Positions 51,394 to 64,000 of a DNA stretch of 64,000 nucleotides are shown here, piece by piece (position 1 is the first letter of the stretch; each line of letters begins with the position of its first letter). A model generated the notes under the pieces. It was not told where the DNA came from. It was given only the letters and a program-made list of their open reading frames with translations, and searched no databases. The position numbers and the translations under genes are program-made. The DNA comes from Hypanus sabinus (taxonomy: Eukaryota), in the NCBI RefSeq assembly GCF_030144855.1, contig NC_082719.1, forward strand, positions 77,066,001-77,130,000, read 5' to 3'.

Positions 51394-52540
51394 CTCTTTC
51401 TTTTCTTTTTAAATCTTTTTATTAATTTTAAACAAACATAAATGAAACACGAATACAAGGTGTTTGAGAGTACATAATTAATAGTTTAAATAGACATTCA
51501 GATATATAATAATAAAAATATATAACCTCCCAAACTCAGAACATTAATGAACAAAGAAGCAAAAAGAAAAAAAAAGACCCCAAAAAAAAAGAAAAAAAAA
51601 ACACTAACCAACATGGGCCATTGAATAATATTACGTACATATACAGTAGTGCCAATAACTCCGAACCTCCATCCAAATAATTAAGGATAATATAAGTAAG
51701 GTTTAGGAAAAGACAATTCAACTCATATGAAAATGTTGAATAAATGGTCTCCAAGTTTCTTCAAATTTAACTGAAGGATCAAAAACCACACTTCTAATTT
51801 TTTCTAAACTCAAACAAGAGATAGTTTGAGAAAACCACTGAAATACAGTTGGAGGATTAATTTCTTTCCAATTCAATAAAATAGATCTTCTAGCCGTTAA
51901 TGTAACAAATGCAATCATTCGTTGAGATGAAGCGGATAAACGGTTATTATCCGTCATTGGTAAACAGAAAATTGCAGTAAAAGGATGCGGTTGGAAATTG
52001 ATATTTAAAACTCTTGAAATAATACTGAAAATATCTTTCCAATAATTTTGTAAACAAGGACAAGACCAAAACATATGAGTCAATGAAGCAACATCAGAAT
52101 GACATCTATCACAGGCTGAATTAAAAGAGAATAAAATCGAGCCAGTTTATCCTTAGACATATGAGCTCTATGTACAACCTTAAATTGTATTAGGGCATGT
52201 TTAGCACAAATAGAGGACGAATTTACCAATAATAAAATTTTTTCCCATTGTTCAGTAGATATAGGACAATGCAACTCTTCTTGCCATTCCTTCTTAATTT
52301 TTTCTGATACATCTGACTGTAAATTCATGATCATCTTATAAATGATGGCTACTAAACCCTTTTGATAAGGATTAAGGGCTAAAATTCTTTCTGTAATGTC
52401 CAATGGACATTCTTTCGAAAAAGACTAACTCATTATACAAAAAATTTCTAACTTGCAAATATCTAAAAAAATGGGTTTTAGGTAAATTATATTTATTAGA
52501 TAGCTGTTCAAAGGACATAGTGTTATCATCCAGAAACAGA
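51394..52540 (-). mobile_element. 5'-truncated L1 LINE with 9-bp TSD, sense to EPG5 in intron 5
   Basis: ORF2 C-terminus (FFRYLQVRNFL; QFKVVHR; THMFWSCPCLQNYW); AATAAA plus A-rich tail; TCCAATATT at 51385-51393 and 52541-52549. Confidence 0.9.
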
Positions 52541-52893
52541 TCCAATATTTTCATCTGTACCTTGATGTCAGATGGAATGAAAACAATTTCCTTTCATTTC
52601 TTTTGCTGAATTGCTAAAGTTCGGAAAACGCTCAACTACATTTTTGTACTGAATCTCCTATAACTTATTCCGGTTGATTGCAGTTTAAAATCCTGCATTT
52701 TCTCAAGTTCACAAAGTTAATTTATAGAATATGCTTACAATTAAATAACATTTTGAACATTGCCTTTTTTGCATCAAGCATAAGATTATAATAAGAAGAT
52801 AACAAAGTGATAATATTTAATTTTCTTCCTGAATATTAAACCGAAAGCAGAAGTGAGGCAACGTTGGTTTTAATGCAGCAATTGAAACCATAC

Positions 52894-53001
52894 CTTTACA
52901 AATGGCCCTGCCCATTTGTTCACACCTGCTGGGCATCTGAGGATGTGATTCAATAAGAAGAGGTGATCAGCAGAGGAGCCAACTCTGTGTAGCACAGCAA
53001 C
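52894..53001 (-). CDS. EPG5: EPG5 exon 5
   Basis: [36 protein letters not shown]; AG/GT, 108 nt. Confidence 0.95.
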
Positions 53002-54213
53002 CTTTAAATAAAAGTAGAAAAATAAAGACCAGATCTACAGTAATAATATATTTATTCCTTTAACTACAACACAAATCATTACTGAGTTCAAACATCATCA
53101 AAAGAAACCTTTTCTAATTGCATTAATAATTTGGTTTAAGTTCAAACATAAGCCTCTTTTTTAATAAGTTAGAAGAATACTAAGTTAGAAGAATAGTAAT
53201 TTGTGGGCTAGACAAGAATTTTCAGAAGTATTATTGATGAACATTGATATAGAAAACTATTTCAGATGAACTTCTATAAGATGAGGAGCTGTGGAGGACC
53301 ATTGGGATTTAGGTACCTATGTGCAGTATGCAGAGGTGAAAGAAATCAGAAAGGCCAATGGAATGTAGGACTTAATGAGATGAGGAAGAAATGCAGTATC
53401 GACAAAATCTTCAAATGCACACATCTTTTGAATTGTACACATCTACAGCCCTTTGGAAATACTGAATTTATTTCTAGGCAACACAGATCAGGATACTGTA
53501 TATGGCCTGAGAATTAGTACAGAATCACCAGGATGTATAATTTAATCATTTTAAGACACTATCACACTACTGAGGATACCGTATTCTAGAAGTTTAGAAG
53601 TTTCAGGGATCTTACCTCAACTGGATTTGTTAGGGAAGCTTTCAAGAAACTACATCCTTTTGAATAGAAATCCAGATCAAGTGAGCAGAGCTGGATTACT
53701 TAAGTGTGAAATCAGGGAGCACCTCCTTCATTCAGTGGGTTGTAGAAATTTGAAATTCCTTTTCCTATGAAGCTATGGAAGTTGGGACTACTGAAATTTC
53801 CAAAATTAAGATATACCTTATCAAGAAAAGCTATTAGGGTGAGTGGGAACAAGTGCAGTTGAACAAAATAGCTACAAATCAGGAATTACTAACTACGCTG
53901 CACACATATAGTATATTGCTTTCAGAAGCGTTGAAGCAGTGCAAAATAGTCATTTATTCGTATTTTGGTATGCTGTTCTCCAGATTCTGTCTCAATAAAA
54001 GTGCAAGATGCCAAAGAGTATTTAACAATTAATTATTTGATATTGGTACATGACAATGGCATATTAAATGAGAGTTAAAGCAGTGTATATACTTAGAGCT
54101 CTTCACCTGGGGTGGCTGAGGCTGGAGCCACAACGGAAATGAAAAGGCTGTATCTATCCACATAGAAAAGGTATAATTATCAAAACAGGCATTTTTATAA
54201 CAAAATTTCATAC

Positions 54214-54350
54214 CAATCTCTGCAGCCAAAGAAGAATGTCACTATGGAATTGACCATCTTCAGTTACTCTTCGGGTAAAACTAAAGAGCACACTGATGCT
54301 TTCTTTTAAAAGTTGCAGGTCTGAATAGCTGCAATCTATTTCTTGATCAA
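54214..54350 (-). CDS. EPG5: EPG5 exon 4
   Basis: [37 protein letters not shown]; AG/GT, 137 nt. Confidence 0.95.
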
Positions 54351-54679
54351 CTACAAAAAGTTAGACAATTGTATGATGTGACAATTATTAAAAAAGAACA
54401 TCATGCTAAATTTTGATAACTAAAAGTAAACAGCATATTTATACCTTACGAAAATTATTTGATTAGATTTAGGAAATGCATTATTCTGACTTCTTAATGA
54501 AGCTTAGCACGTGACTTTCCTAAAAAAATAAATGTACTGCAATTTGAATATATAATAGCTGAAAACTTACATTGTTAATATTTTCATATTGTACTAAGTT
54601 TCAAATTTGCTTTCATCTAATACATGTCTAGAGAAAACACTCCTTCTGCAATTGATTACTTGAATTCCTCCATCAGCAG

Positions 54680-55230
54680 ACCTTAGTCAACAAGGTTGGA
54701 TAATAACATCCCTTCTTCGGTGATCACTGGCACATGTGTACCTCAAGATTGCATGCTTAGCCCTACTTTCTAAATGCATGAGGCTAAGCTCGGTTATGAG
54801 TCAGCTACCAGAGTGAGACAGGACATCTGGTCGAGAAGTGCCACAACAACAACCTCTTGCACAACGTCAACAAAATTAAAGAGCTGTTTGTTGACTTCAG
54901 GAAGGGGAAGGAGGTTGAACATGCACCAGTCTACACTGGGAAAATCATAGGTAGAGAGAATCAAAAGGTTCAAATTTTTGGCTGTTAACACAATGGATGA
55001 CCTGTCCTGGGTCCAGCACGTAGATGCAATCACAAAGAGGGTGCACTTTCTTTGGATATTCAGGAGGCATGTCTTGTCACTAAACATTAAACTTTTACAG
55101 ATATACTGTAGCCAGACTGATTACATCAGGGCTGGCATGCCAATTCATATATGCAGGAGCAAAGAAGCTGCAGAGAACAGTGGACTCTGTGCAATAAATC
55201 AAGGCAAACCCCTCCCCACTATGAGATTTT
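54680..55230 (+). mobile_element. Decayed Rex1-like fragment
   Basis: DDLSWVQHVDAITKR and similarity to other Rex1 copies. Confidence 0.65.
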
Positions 55231-55451
55231 TCCACTGCAGCATTTAATACTCTATTGGCTATAAAAATTTAGTAGATTTTGTCACCAAGAATATTTTAGT
55301 AAAATAAAAACAAAACAAAATATTCACATATATCATACATGCATCAAATGTACAGCATTCATTTTAAGAGAAGTCAGATCAATGTTATAGTATAGATCCA
55401 TTATCAAAGCAAATCTGTAATAAAAATACTAAGTATTGACAGAATATTAAC

Positions 55452-55692
55452 CTTGTTTTTGCACAACTGCCACAGCTTTAAATGCTGGCGAACTATTCAA
55501 CAACCTGTAAATGTACGATTCCACCTGGAGGCGAGAAACCACTGAGGTATAAGCATGTAAAGCCATCGTTTGATGTAAATGATCAGCCATAACATCCATC
55601 ACCCGTTTCAGCTCTCCGAGAACTAACTTGTTCATCTCCACAGTCTGAAATCGATAATATGTCGTCACCTTTGCTTGATCGGCACAAACTCC
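55452..55692 (-). CDS. EPG5: EPG5 exon 3
   Basis: GVCADQAKV..HLHQTMALHAYTSVVSRLQVESYIY; AG/GT boundaries, 241 nt. Confidence 0.95.
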
Positions 55693-57189
55693 CTGTGAAT
55701 TTAAAAAAGACACAGTAACACCCACATTGGACGAAGGCTAATAGAAGGTCTGGGTTCCCTTATCGAAGTAATGCATTTGCGTCTATTACCAGAGCACAAA
55801 AGTAGTAAGGGAAATTTCAATTCATTTTTGAGTACATACATTGCAAAATTATAGGGCAACTTCTTTCATTTCTATACTTGCTTTGAATTCAGTCAGCAAA
55901 CTAGTATCACAAAAATTATGTTTAACTGTTCATACTGCAGTATTATTTCTATTTTTATGAATGCTTTCAATATCAGGATTTCAATATGCATTTAAGCACC
56001 GCCAATATGAATAGAATCAAGTGAATATTATTTCATCAACAACTACTGATTAAGAGTAATATAGTATGAATGAGGCTAAAAGGCCAAAGGCAAGAATTTG
56101 CCAAAGTTAGGGGAAGAAAAAGTTGCAGGCATCTGTGTACTACTAGATCCTGCATAAAATGGCATTCTTCTCTTACACACTGCTGCGTCAAAAAGCTCGC
56201 TCGAAACTTGTCATCATCAATGTTCCTCCCAGCCCATCATCATCCTCCATTCACAACCCAAGGATTCCCTAGAAGTGCCAATGTGGAACATTTAAGTGTT
56301 GCAAATACTGTAACCTACTTACACATGCGGATACTCTCAGAAAATAAAAACATTAACAAACAAATCATTTACTTTAGGCAGTCAGAAAATAAATACTGAC
56401 TAGATATGTATACTAGTGACGAATTGGGGTCCCAATTTAACAACTCATCCAATATGTAGCACCTATTCAAGTGCAGCAGACCCTCAGCAGTGAAATATCT
56501 GTTGGAATACCCCTTTTCTCTTCTATTCCCCACTCTAGCCTTTTACCACTTCTCCTCACCTAGCCATCACCTCCTCCTGCTGCCCTTCCTTCTTCCCTTT
56601 CTCCCAGTGTCCAATCTCCTCTCTTATTAGATTCCTTCTTCTCCAGCTGTTACCTTTCCCACCTGTCACTTTCTAATGTCCTCCTTCTCTCCTCCCCCCA
56701 AACGTTTTATTCTGCCGTCTTCCTTTCTCATCCTGATGAAGGGTCTTGGCCTGAAATGTCACCTATTTATTCATTTTCTTTGATGCTGTACGACCTGCTC
56801 AGCTAGCATGTTCTATGTTTTACTCTGGATTTCTATCGTTTGCAGAAGATCTTGTGTTTCAAAATACAAGTTGTTGATCTTTATTGCGTACTTTAGGTTA
56901 AAAGAGATTCACCATCTGCTATGGATGCAGCTTTAGTTCTGTGTTAACTGTCTATCTTTTGCCAATAGTCATGTGAACTTCTTGGAGTCTCAATTACCGC
57001 TGCGCAAATAAAAGAATCTTTGTTCTCTGCATGCAAAACCCAAACTGGTCAGTGTACCACTAATACGGTGGGAAGATCAAACACAAACCAGCCAGGTCCA
57101 TCGTCAACTCTGAACACAGTCTGAGCAGTTTCACACTAGGCCCTCTGCACAGTTACCAAAATTTATTGGTATATTAAGATTATGAACAT

Positions 57190-60100
57190 ATGCAACACTT
57201 AGGATTTAAAAGGAGCCGAGCAAAGTGGGCAGGGCATTATGAGATCTGCTGTTGAGTTAGAAGTGCTGATGCTTTGGCTTGAGAGGCATTGGTGAGAATA
57301 GCAGTGGCAAAAGTAAGATCTTTTACTTCCCTCAGCAGCTTTAGTGATTTAGAGATGGCAGTCAGGACAATTGCATTGTCCTTCTGCACAATGGGGGAGA
57401 TAGTGGTGACTATACCTCTGGGAAGTGCATCCATCAGCAGCGAGTGACTGACAGTTGGACTCACTTAGAAGCAGATTTATTGCCAAGAGCTTCATGGACA
57501 GGGAGCAGGTAGCTGGGTGACCATCAGAAAAGGGAGAGCGAATAGGCAGAGTGCTGGATTCCCCTCACGAGCAAGCATATTGTTTTAGATTTTTTGGAGA
57601 GGTGGGGCTGGCCTTTCGGAGTAGCGGCAATTTGGCTGTGATGCACAGCACAGGAGGGTGGCGACAAGGAGGACTGGAATGACAGGAGATTCTATCGTTA
57701 GGGAAGACTGTGGCCACAAGCAAGACTCCGGGATGGTATCATGCCAGGTTCAATCAAGGATGCCTCCAAATGGTTGCACGACTCTCTCCAGGGGGACAGC
57801 GAGTAGCCTGAGGTTAGTGTGCATATTGTTGCCACTGACATAGGTAAAAAAAGGGATGAGAACCTACAGGACGTAGAATTAGGCAAAAAAATTAAAAAGT
57901 AGCATATCAAGGACTGAAATCTATGGATTACTCCTGGTGTTACAGGCAGTTCTGGTAGATGAATATGTGACTGAGGAGCTGGTGCAGGAGGGAAGGATTC
58001 AAGTTCTTCGATGGACCTTTTTCTGAGGCAAAGGTGTACATATAACCATATAACAAATAAAGCACAGAAACAGGCCATCTCGATCCTTCTAGTCTGTGCT
58101 GAACGCTTACTCTCACCTAGTCTCACTGACCTGCACTCAGCCCATAACCCTCTATTCCTTTCCTGTCCATATACCTAACCAATTTTTTTTTTAAATGACA
58201 ATATCGAACCTGCCTCTACCACTTCTACTGGAAGCTCGTTCCACACAGCTACAACTGAGTAAAGAAGTTCCCCCTCATGTTACCCCTAAACTTTTGCCCC
58301 TTAACTCTCAACTCAAGTCCTCTTGTTTGAATGAGGGACAGGCTGCATCTAAAATGGAGGGGAACCCATATCCTGGCAGGATGACCTGCCGGTGTTGTTT
58401 GGGAGGGATTAAACTAGATTTGGATAGGGCTGAATCGTGGGTTATTGGGGTGGTATGGCTGAAAGGGCCAACTCAGTGCTGTATCACTAATAAATAAACA
58501 GAAGTTGAAGCAAGGGAGTTCAGTCGGCAACAGGAGTGAGGCAGATGTGATATATTAAATTGCATTTATTTTAATGCAAGAATTCTGGCAAGAGGGCTAA
58601 TTAAGCTCAGAGCGTGGTTAAGTACATGGGGCTGGCATATTACAACTCTTCACAGAAGCACAGTTGAATGATGGGCTCAATATTCCAGGGTTCTTGTGCT
58701 ACAAGTGTGACGCAAGAGAAGGCAAGACAAGAGGAAGGAGTTGCATTTTTGATTAAGGAGAACATCACAGTGGGCAGAGAGATTATTCCTGAGGGGGTGG
58801 TCTAGTGAGGCGATATGGGTGGAACTCTGAAATGAGGAAGGGGGAATCACTTTGATAGGGCTGAATTATAGGTCCCCTAATTGTCAATCAGAACTAGGAG
58901 ACCGAGGTCCTTTGGAAGTATGTAGGCATCTCCTTCAAACGTTCTACCAGTCTGTTGTCACCAGAACAATCTTCTATGTGTTGGTGTCCTGGGGCAATGG
59001 CATCAACATGAGCAATGTCAATTGGCTCAATAAACTAAATAGGAAGGGTGGCTGTTATAGGAGTCAAACTAGACACACTGGATGCTGTAGTAGAACAAAG
59101 GACGCTACGGAAAATCTTGGCAGTTCTGGAAAATGTTTCTCATCCTCTGCATGCCATCTTGGCTGAACAGTGGAGCCGGTTTAGTAATACACTAAGAGAA
59201 CTGTGCTGCTCCAAAGAGCACAATACGAGGTCACTCTTACCCTCAGCCATTAGGCTCTATAATGAGTCAACCTAACCTACAGCTAGGGGAGTGTTGACCC
59301 CCTCCTGTTAGACTGTTTGAGGTAACTTATTTTTTATCCTTTCTACTTCTTTTGTTATATTTACATCCATGCACTTGTAATACTACTGTGACACAGAAAT
59401 TTCCTTAGGGATCAATGAAGCATCTATCTATTTATTGGGATCACAATTAGCTCAAAGTATATTAGGCTTGCAATGGTAAGAGGTTTTAACTTCCTCAATA
59501 TTGATTAGAATTGCAAGTCCGAAGAGCTTGGTGGAAGAAAAGTTTTCTCAAACAATATGTAGATGATCCTGTTCGAGAGGGGCCAGCACTAGACCTATTG
59601 AGAAATGTGGCAGAGTAAGTGAGTGAAGTGTCAGTGAAGGAGTACAAATTAATTTTTAAAATGTTATGGAAAAAATGGGACTGGTCCACAAATCCTATAG
59701 TGGGGGAGAAGGTTAATTTTGATGGCATTATACAGGAACTTGCAAAGGAACTGTAAGAGGCTGGAGTTAAGGGACACCTGGAAAGTGAGTACTGTATTTG
59801 CCAATGAGGAGCAAAGAGCAAATTTGTAAATCTGGCAGAAGCAAAGGATGTTGGGTCTTCTGAGGCTGAAGCACCATAGGAGGGGTGTGGGACAAGGGGC
59901 AGAGAAGGAGTGCTGGGGCAGGCAGTGGTGCAGGTGCAGACATACCCAGCCCTGAGACACCAGGCAAGGTTATTTAATTCTAAACAACTGGTTTGCTGAC
60001 CATTACAGAATGTCTCTCAGGTGTTTCCCACTCCTTCCCCTTTCCCCAACCATGATCCTCTTCACCTTAGTCCTTTCCCACTCTCAGTCCACAATAGAGA

Positions 60101-60790
60101 CCAATACAAGAATCAGGTTCATCAAAACTCATATGTCATGATTTTTTTTCTGCAGAAGTACAGGGCAATATGCAAAATTACCACAGCACTGTTCAAAAAT
60201 CTTGGGCACCATAGCTAAATATGTGCCCAAGACTTTTGCACAGTACTGTAAATGATTAGATAAGGTAAGTAAAAGGACTTGAGATGGCTTGGCATTTAAG
60301 AGAACAGTGACTTCCTTAAATAAACCATGTTACAAGAGAGCTGGTAGGTGGTCTTAAAGTGCTTAAAGGTGGATAAATCCTTGAGGCCCAACCAAGTGCA
60401 CCCTAGGACATTGTAGGAAGCAGAGAAAGAAATTGCTTGGATCCTAGCAGAGATATTTGTATCATTGTTAGAAAGGGCGAGGTACTGGAAGACTGAAATC
60501 CCAATTTAGCCTCTATTTAAAAAGGGGTTAACAAGGGCAAGGCCAGGGAACTACAGACTGGTGAACTAAACATTGATGGGGGGGAAATTTCTGGAGGGAA
60601 TTCTAAGAGACAGGATCTACCTGCATTCAGGGATATTATGATATAATATGGTAACATATCTGTACTTTGATAAATTTACTTTGACTTACAAGACATTTGG
60701 CAAGATACTTGGATAGGAAGAGTTTACAGGGATATGGGCCTAATACAGGAAAATGGGACAATTTGGTTAGCATATACAGGTTGGCCTGAA
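57190..60790 (+). mobile_element. Long decayed CR1 (ORF1 GDS-esterase-like, ORF2 EN/RT remnants) with nested CR1, Rex1-like and other insertions
   Basis: GDSIVRE; LYFNARI, IGLNYRSPN endonuclease remnants; VDKSLRPNQVHPRTL RT-proximal remnant. Confidence 0.7.
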
Positions 60791-61338
60791 GCACTGCTTC
60801 CACTTTGTATAACTATGACAAGGACCTAAGAGTTATCAGAAAACAAGACTTCTCAAAACAGATGTTAAAGGTATGAAGAAAAAAGCGAAGTTGTTTCTAC
60901 AACCAATTTTAAAGAGCTGGTACAAATTCCGTTGATTTTGTGCAGATGGCTCACTACCAAGAAACACTGAGAGCTTCTGGCAGCAGCTGCATGCAACAGT
61001 TTCAATCAAGATTAACAAAATTACCTGCAGACTGCACATGAACAGCACTACAGAACTAGAGCTGCAAAAACAATTGTTAAAGATTTCCCATACCAATTAT
61101 TGTGGATTGGGACTCATTTAGGAGTCAGATATGTGGCCAGAGATTACATTCATAACAATGTTATCATAATCTTGGAGAACAAACACAGAATTCATTGCCT
61201 AATTTTCATCTCCAATTTCGCAACTGTGCACAAATCAAACTAGAAAAACAAGGTTAATCTGTATAAGTAGAAATAACTAAGGAACATTTTGTTTGTTAGT
61301 TCAGAGTGAGTTCAATTTAACCAAAAATAAGGACTGAC

Positions 61339-62328
61339 CTGGATGGTCAGCTGCTCTTCTTTGAAAGTCCAAAGTCTTTTTTCAATACTCTTATAATTAC
61401 ATATCATTGTCTGCAGCTCTGCCACAGCCAGCTGAAATTGTTTCCTGCATCTTCCATAGTTCATGAGTAGCTCATAAAGTTCATTTTTGTCTTGATTTGC
61501 CACTGAAAGAAATTCTTCTGTATGTGCATCTACATTTTCTATCCATGAACCTAATGCAAATATCTTCAGCTCTTCTTTCGAAAATGGTACAATTTCTGGT
61601 TCACGTGGAATTTCTGGATACAACATCCTGAAATTAGGTGAAACTTGCTTTACAAATGAAGTTTCAAGATCTCTCTTATCCTCTGATGGTAAGTCAGGAT
61701 ACAGCTTTTCAACGGTCAACTGGACAGGAAGATCTACAATGCTTTTACGCAGATTCACGCCAAGCATTTCTTTCTCACCATCGCCCAGTGTTAGGACAGC
61801 AGGACTTCTCATTTCCTTCCTGTTCATTACCCCCTGTTCCGTCACGGTGACTCCCACTGTTTGAGAAGAAATATTTCCATGGTCCATTGAACCCCCATGA
61901 ACAGCAGGTTCAACAACACTTAAGCTTTCTCTGCCTTCATCTGTGACAGTCTTACCGGAACAAGGCTGTTGATGAGTTTCTGGAATTTCAGTATTTTCAG
62001 ACACCTCACTGTCATGTTTGGAGCCATCACCTGAGCTTATTATTGTCTGATTATATTGAAACTGTTTATCTTCAACATCTAATGTAGTAAACTGTTTTGA
62101 ATCAAATTTTGATTCAGCTGTTGCAATGGATGCAATTTCTGTACATAATTCACGATCAAGAGTTTCCACAGGCACCCTCTTTTGGTCCTCACTTTGCTCC
62201 TGAGTTTTTTGTTTTGAGAAATTTGCTTGAGATTTATCAACTATTGTAGGATTTTCTACTTTTGTTGGCTGACTGGAAACCAATTCCCGGTCCAATTCTG
62301 GCTTCAACCTTTCTTTTTTCTTTTTGTC
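61339..62328 (-). CDS. EPG5: EPG5 exon 2 (990 nt)
   Basis: TTGCAG acceptor, CAG|GTCAGT donor; LYPEIPREPEIVPFSKEELK..GSWIENV..YELLMNYGRCRKQ..RLWTFKEEQLTIQ matches recalled human EPG5. Confidence 0.95.
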
Positions 62329-62379
62329 CTGCAAATCCAAATCAGAGATTAACGTTCGAACATAATTAATACTACAGGT

Positions 62380-62470
62380 AACACACACAAAATGCTGGTG
62401 GAACGCAGCAGGCCAGGCAGCATCTATAGGAAGAAGTATAGTCGACGTTTCGGGCCGAGACCCTTCGTCC
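62380..62470 (+). repeat. Shark-type short interspersed repeat just upstream of the EPG5 exon 2 acceptor
   Basis: ACACACAAAATGCTGG..GGCAGCATCTATAGG..GACGTTTCGGGCCGAGACCCTTC; related copies at 13680-13770, 43255-43345, 56730-56830. Confidence 0.75.
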
Positions 62471-62819
62471 AGTAGGTGCCTACAAGTAAAATAATCGGAA
62501 TCAAGATTCAATCTGCCGCCATACAACATTGCACGTTGATCAAATGGAAACTCTCATTTTGTCGCAGTGTAGCTCTACGGATTAGATACGCAATCAACTT
62601 TTGGCTGCAGTAAAAATGTACACCTTTCAGATGTAATGTAAAACAAGATCACAGTGGCACTAAAGGGAGCTTTTAAACCTTATGAACAGTCACGCATGTT
62701 GTAAGTATGAAGCTTTACTCAAATTTCCACAGCGTGAGATGTGCTCCAATCTTCTGATAGGGAGGGTGGCAGCTAAGCATTCATGACCCTTTTACACTAA
62801 CACCACATCAGGTAGAAAC

Positions 62820-63230
62820 TTACAAATTCGGATACACTGCAGCCTTCCCGCGGCCCTGGAAATGCCTCCAGCTAAGAGTGGCACCGTTATTTTGAGCGTT
62901 GCCATAACATGGCACCCACAAACAGACCCTCCTTTACCTGCCCCTTTGCAGCCTGTCGTGGTTTCCTCGGACGAGCCACTTCCGCCATTCTCGGAGCTGC
63001 CCGCGCACTCGCTGCTGGGAAAGGTCACGGGGTAAGGCGTTACGTCATTGAGAAGCCGGGTACCGCGCATGCGCCGGGTCGCTCCTGCGAGTTTGGATTC
63101 CGAGTTCATTTTCGTTCACTTCAACTTTAGGATACCGCCTTTCCCTGTGCTGTATATGACTGGATGGCACCCGTGCTGTCAAATCTCAGAATTAGGTCAC
63201 CGCTTTGGTCGCACCTTCAGTCGTTCTGAG
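62820..63230 (-). promoter_or_regulatory. CpG-rich EPG5 promoter/5' UTR with NRF1, CRE-like and ETS/YY1-like motifs
   Basis: Local CpG/GC enrichment around the start codon; GCGCATGCGC 63065-63074; TGACGTAA (minus) 63040-63047; CGGAAGTG and ATGGCG at the ATG. Confidence 0.7.
62938..62988 (-). CDS. EPG5: EPG5 coding exon 1 (MAEVARPRKPRQAAKGQ)
   Basis: ATG at 62988 within the CpG-rich region; MAE.. start resembles vertebrate EPG5 (MAEAVKPQRR); CAG|GTAAAG donor; phase 0 joins exon 2. Confidence 0.85.
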
Positions 63231-63589
63231 TTTGTCTGTCAGGACTGGAGCCCGTTTAAAGGTCATAGTACCAGGAGTAGGTCTCTACTCGATTCAAGTC
63301 ATCATGTCCTTCTCCCTTCTGTCCAGATGAAGGTTTCGACCCCAGACGTGGACTGTCCATTTCCTTCTTAAGATACTACCTGACTCGTCATTTCTCCAAC
63401 GCTTTGTGGGTTGCCCCAGACTACAGCATATGCCGTCTGTTGTGTCTCTCATCCATTTCCTGTAGTCCACTATGCTCAATCTTTAAACAATTATCAATTT
63501 CATCTTTAAATACGCATTGTGGTCTGAGTTGCACAAGTGATCCACTGGCCTCTGTGAGAAGCTACACAACTCAGTTATAAATGGCACCC

Positions 63590-64000
63590 CTTAATCTTCC
63601 CACAATCCTGACTGAGAAGTTGCAGAACCTGGGCCTCTGCAACTGGATCCTCAGCTTCCTAACCGGAAGACCACAATCTGTACGGATCGGTGATAACATA
63701 TCCTCCTTGCTGATGATCAACATTGCTGCACCTCAGGGGTGTGTGCTTAGCCCACTGCCCTACTCACAATATACCCATGACTATGGTGAGCAATAGCTCA
63801 AATACCATCTATAAATTTCCTGACGATACAGCCATTGTTGGTAGAATCTCAGGTGATGAGAGGGTATACAGGAGTGAGATATGCCAACTATTGGAGTGGT
63901 ACCACAGCAACAACCTGGCATGCAGCGACAGGAAGATGAAAAAGTTGATTGTGGACTTCAGGAAGTGTAAGACAAAGAAACACATACCAATCCTCAGAGG
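63590..64000 (+). mobile_element. Rex1/Babar-like LINE fragment (runs off the right edge)
   Basis: [31 protein letters not shown]; similar to 19920-20335. Confidence 0.85.

Noticed and set aside
62329-62529. N-terminal extension of the 405-aa ORF (MLYGGRLNL..)
   Set aside because: Runs through an intronic short repeat; the real exon 2 begins at the AG acceptor at 62328 and joins exon 1 in frame.
63022-63033. TFEB CLEAR element in the EPG5 promoter
   Set aside because: GTCACGGGG lacks the CACGTG E-box core.
62792-63371. Several 70-107 aa ORFs around the promoter
   Set aside because: Expected by chance in GC-rich sequence; no recognisable domain; the EPG5 start is in another frame.

Overview
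Vertebrate genomic DNA; the repeat landscape (CR1, Rex1/Babar, L2, RTE, shark-type SINEs) suggests a cartilaginous fish, probably a ray (inference). The minus strand carries the 5' half of EPG5 (autophagosome-lysosome tether, Vici syndrome gene). I traced a CpG-rich promoter near 63 kb and 21 coding exons (62988 down to 6941). All have GT-AG boundaries, consistent phases and no stops, giving 3861 nt / 1287 codons; the gene continues beyond the left edge. The introns are packed with transposable elements. The most notable is a 6.7-kb defective class I (epsilon/gamma-like) endogenous retrovirus in intron 10 (33491-40178), with paired LTRs, a 5-bp TSD and a tRNA-Ser-like PBS. It shows two unusual traits: a degenerate 2H-phosphoesterase-like domain (two HxT motifs) between protease and RT, and two different envelope TM remnants in tandem, implying a dual-env ancestor. 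Also present: a sense-oriented Gypsy element next to exon 21, a rearranged mariner, Tigger-like elements, an L1 with TSD, and an atypical ACA/GTTAAGTA splice donor in EPG5. Family assignments are from recalled motifs, not database searches; repeat boundaries lacking TSD/TIR evidence are approximate.
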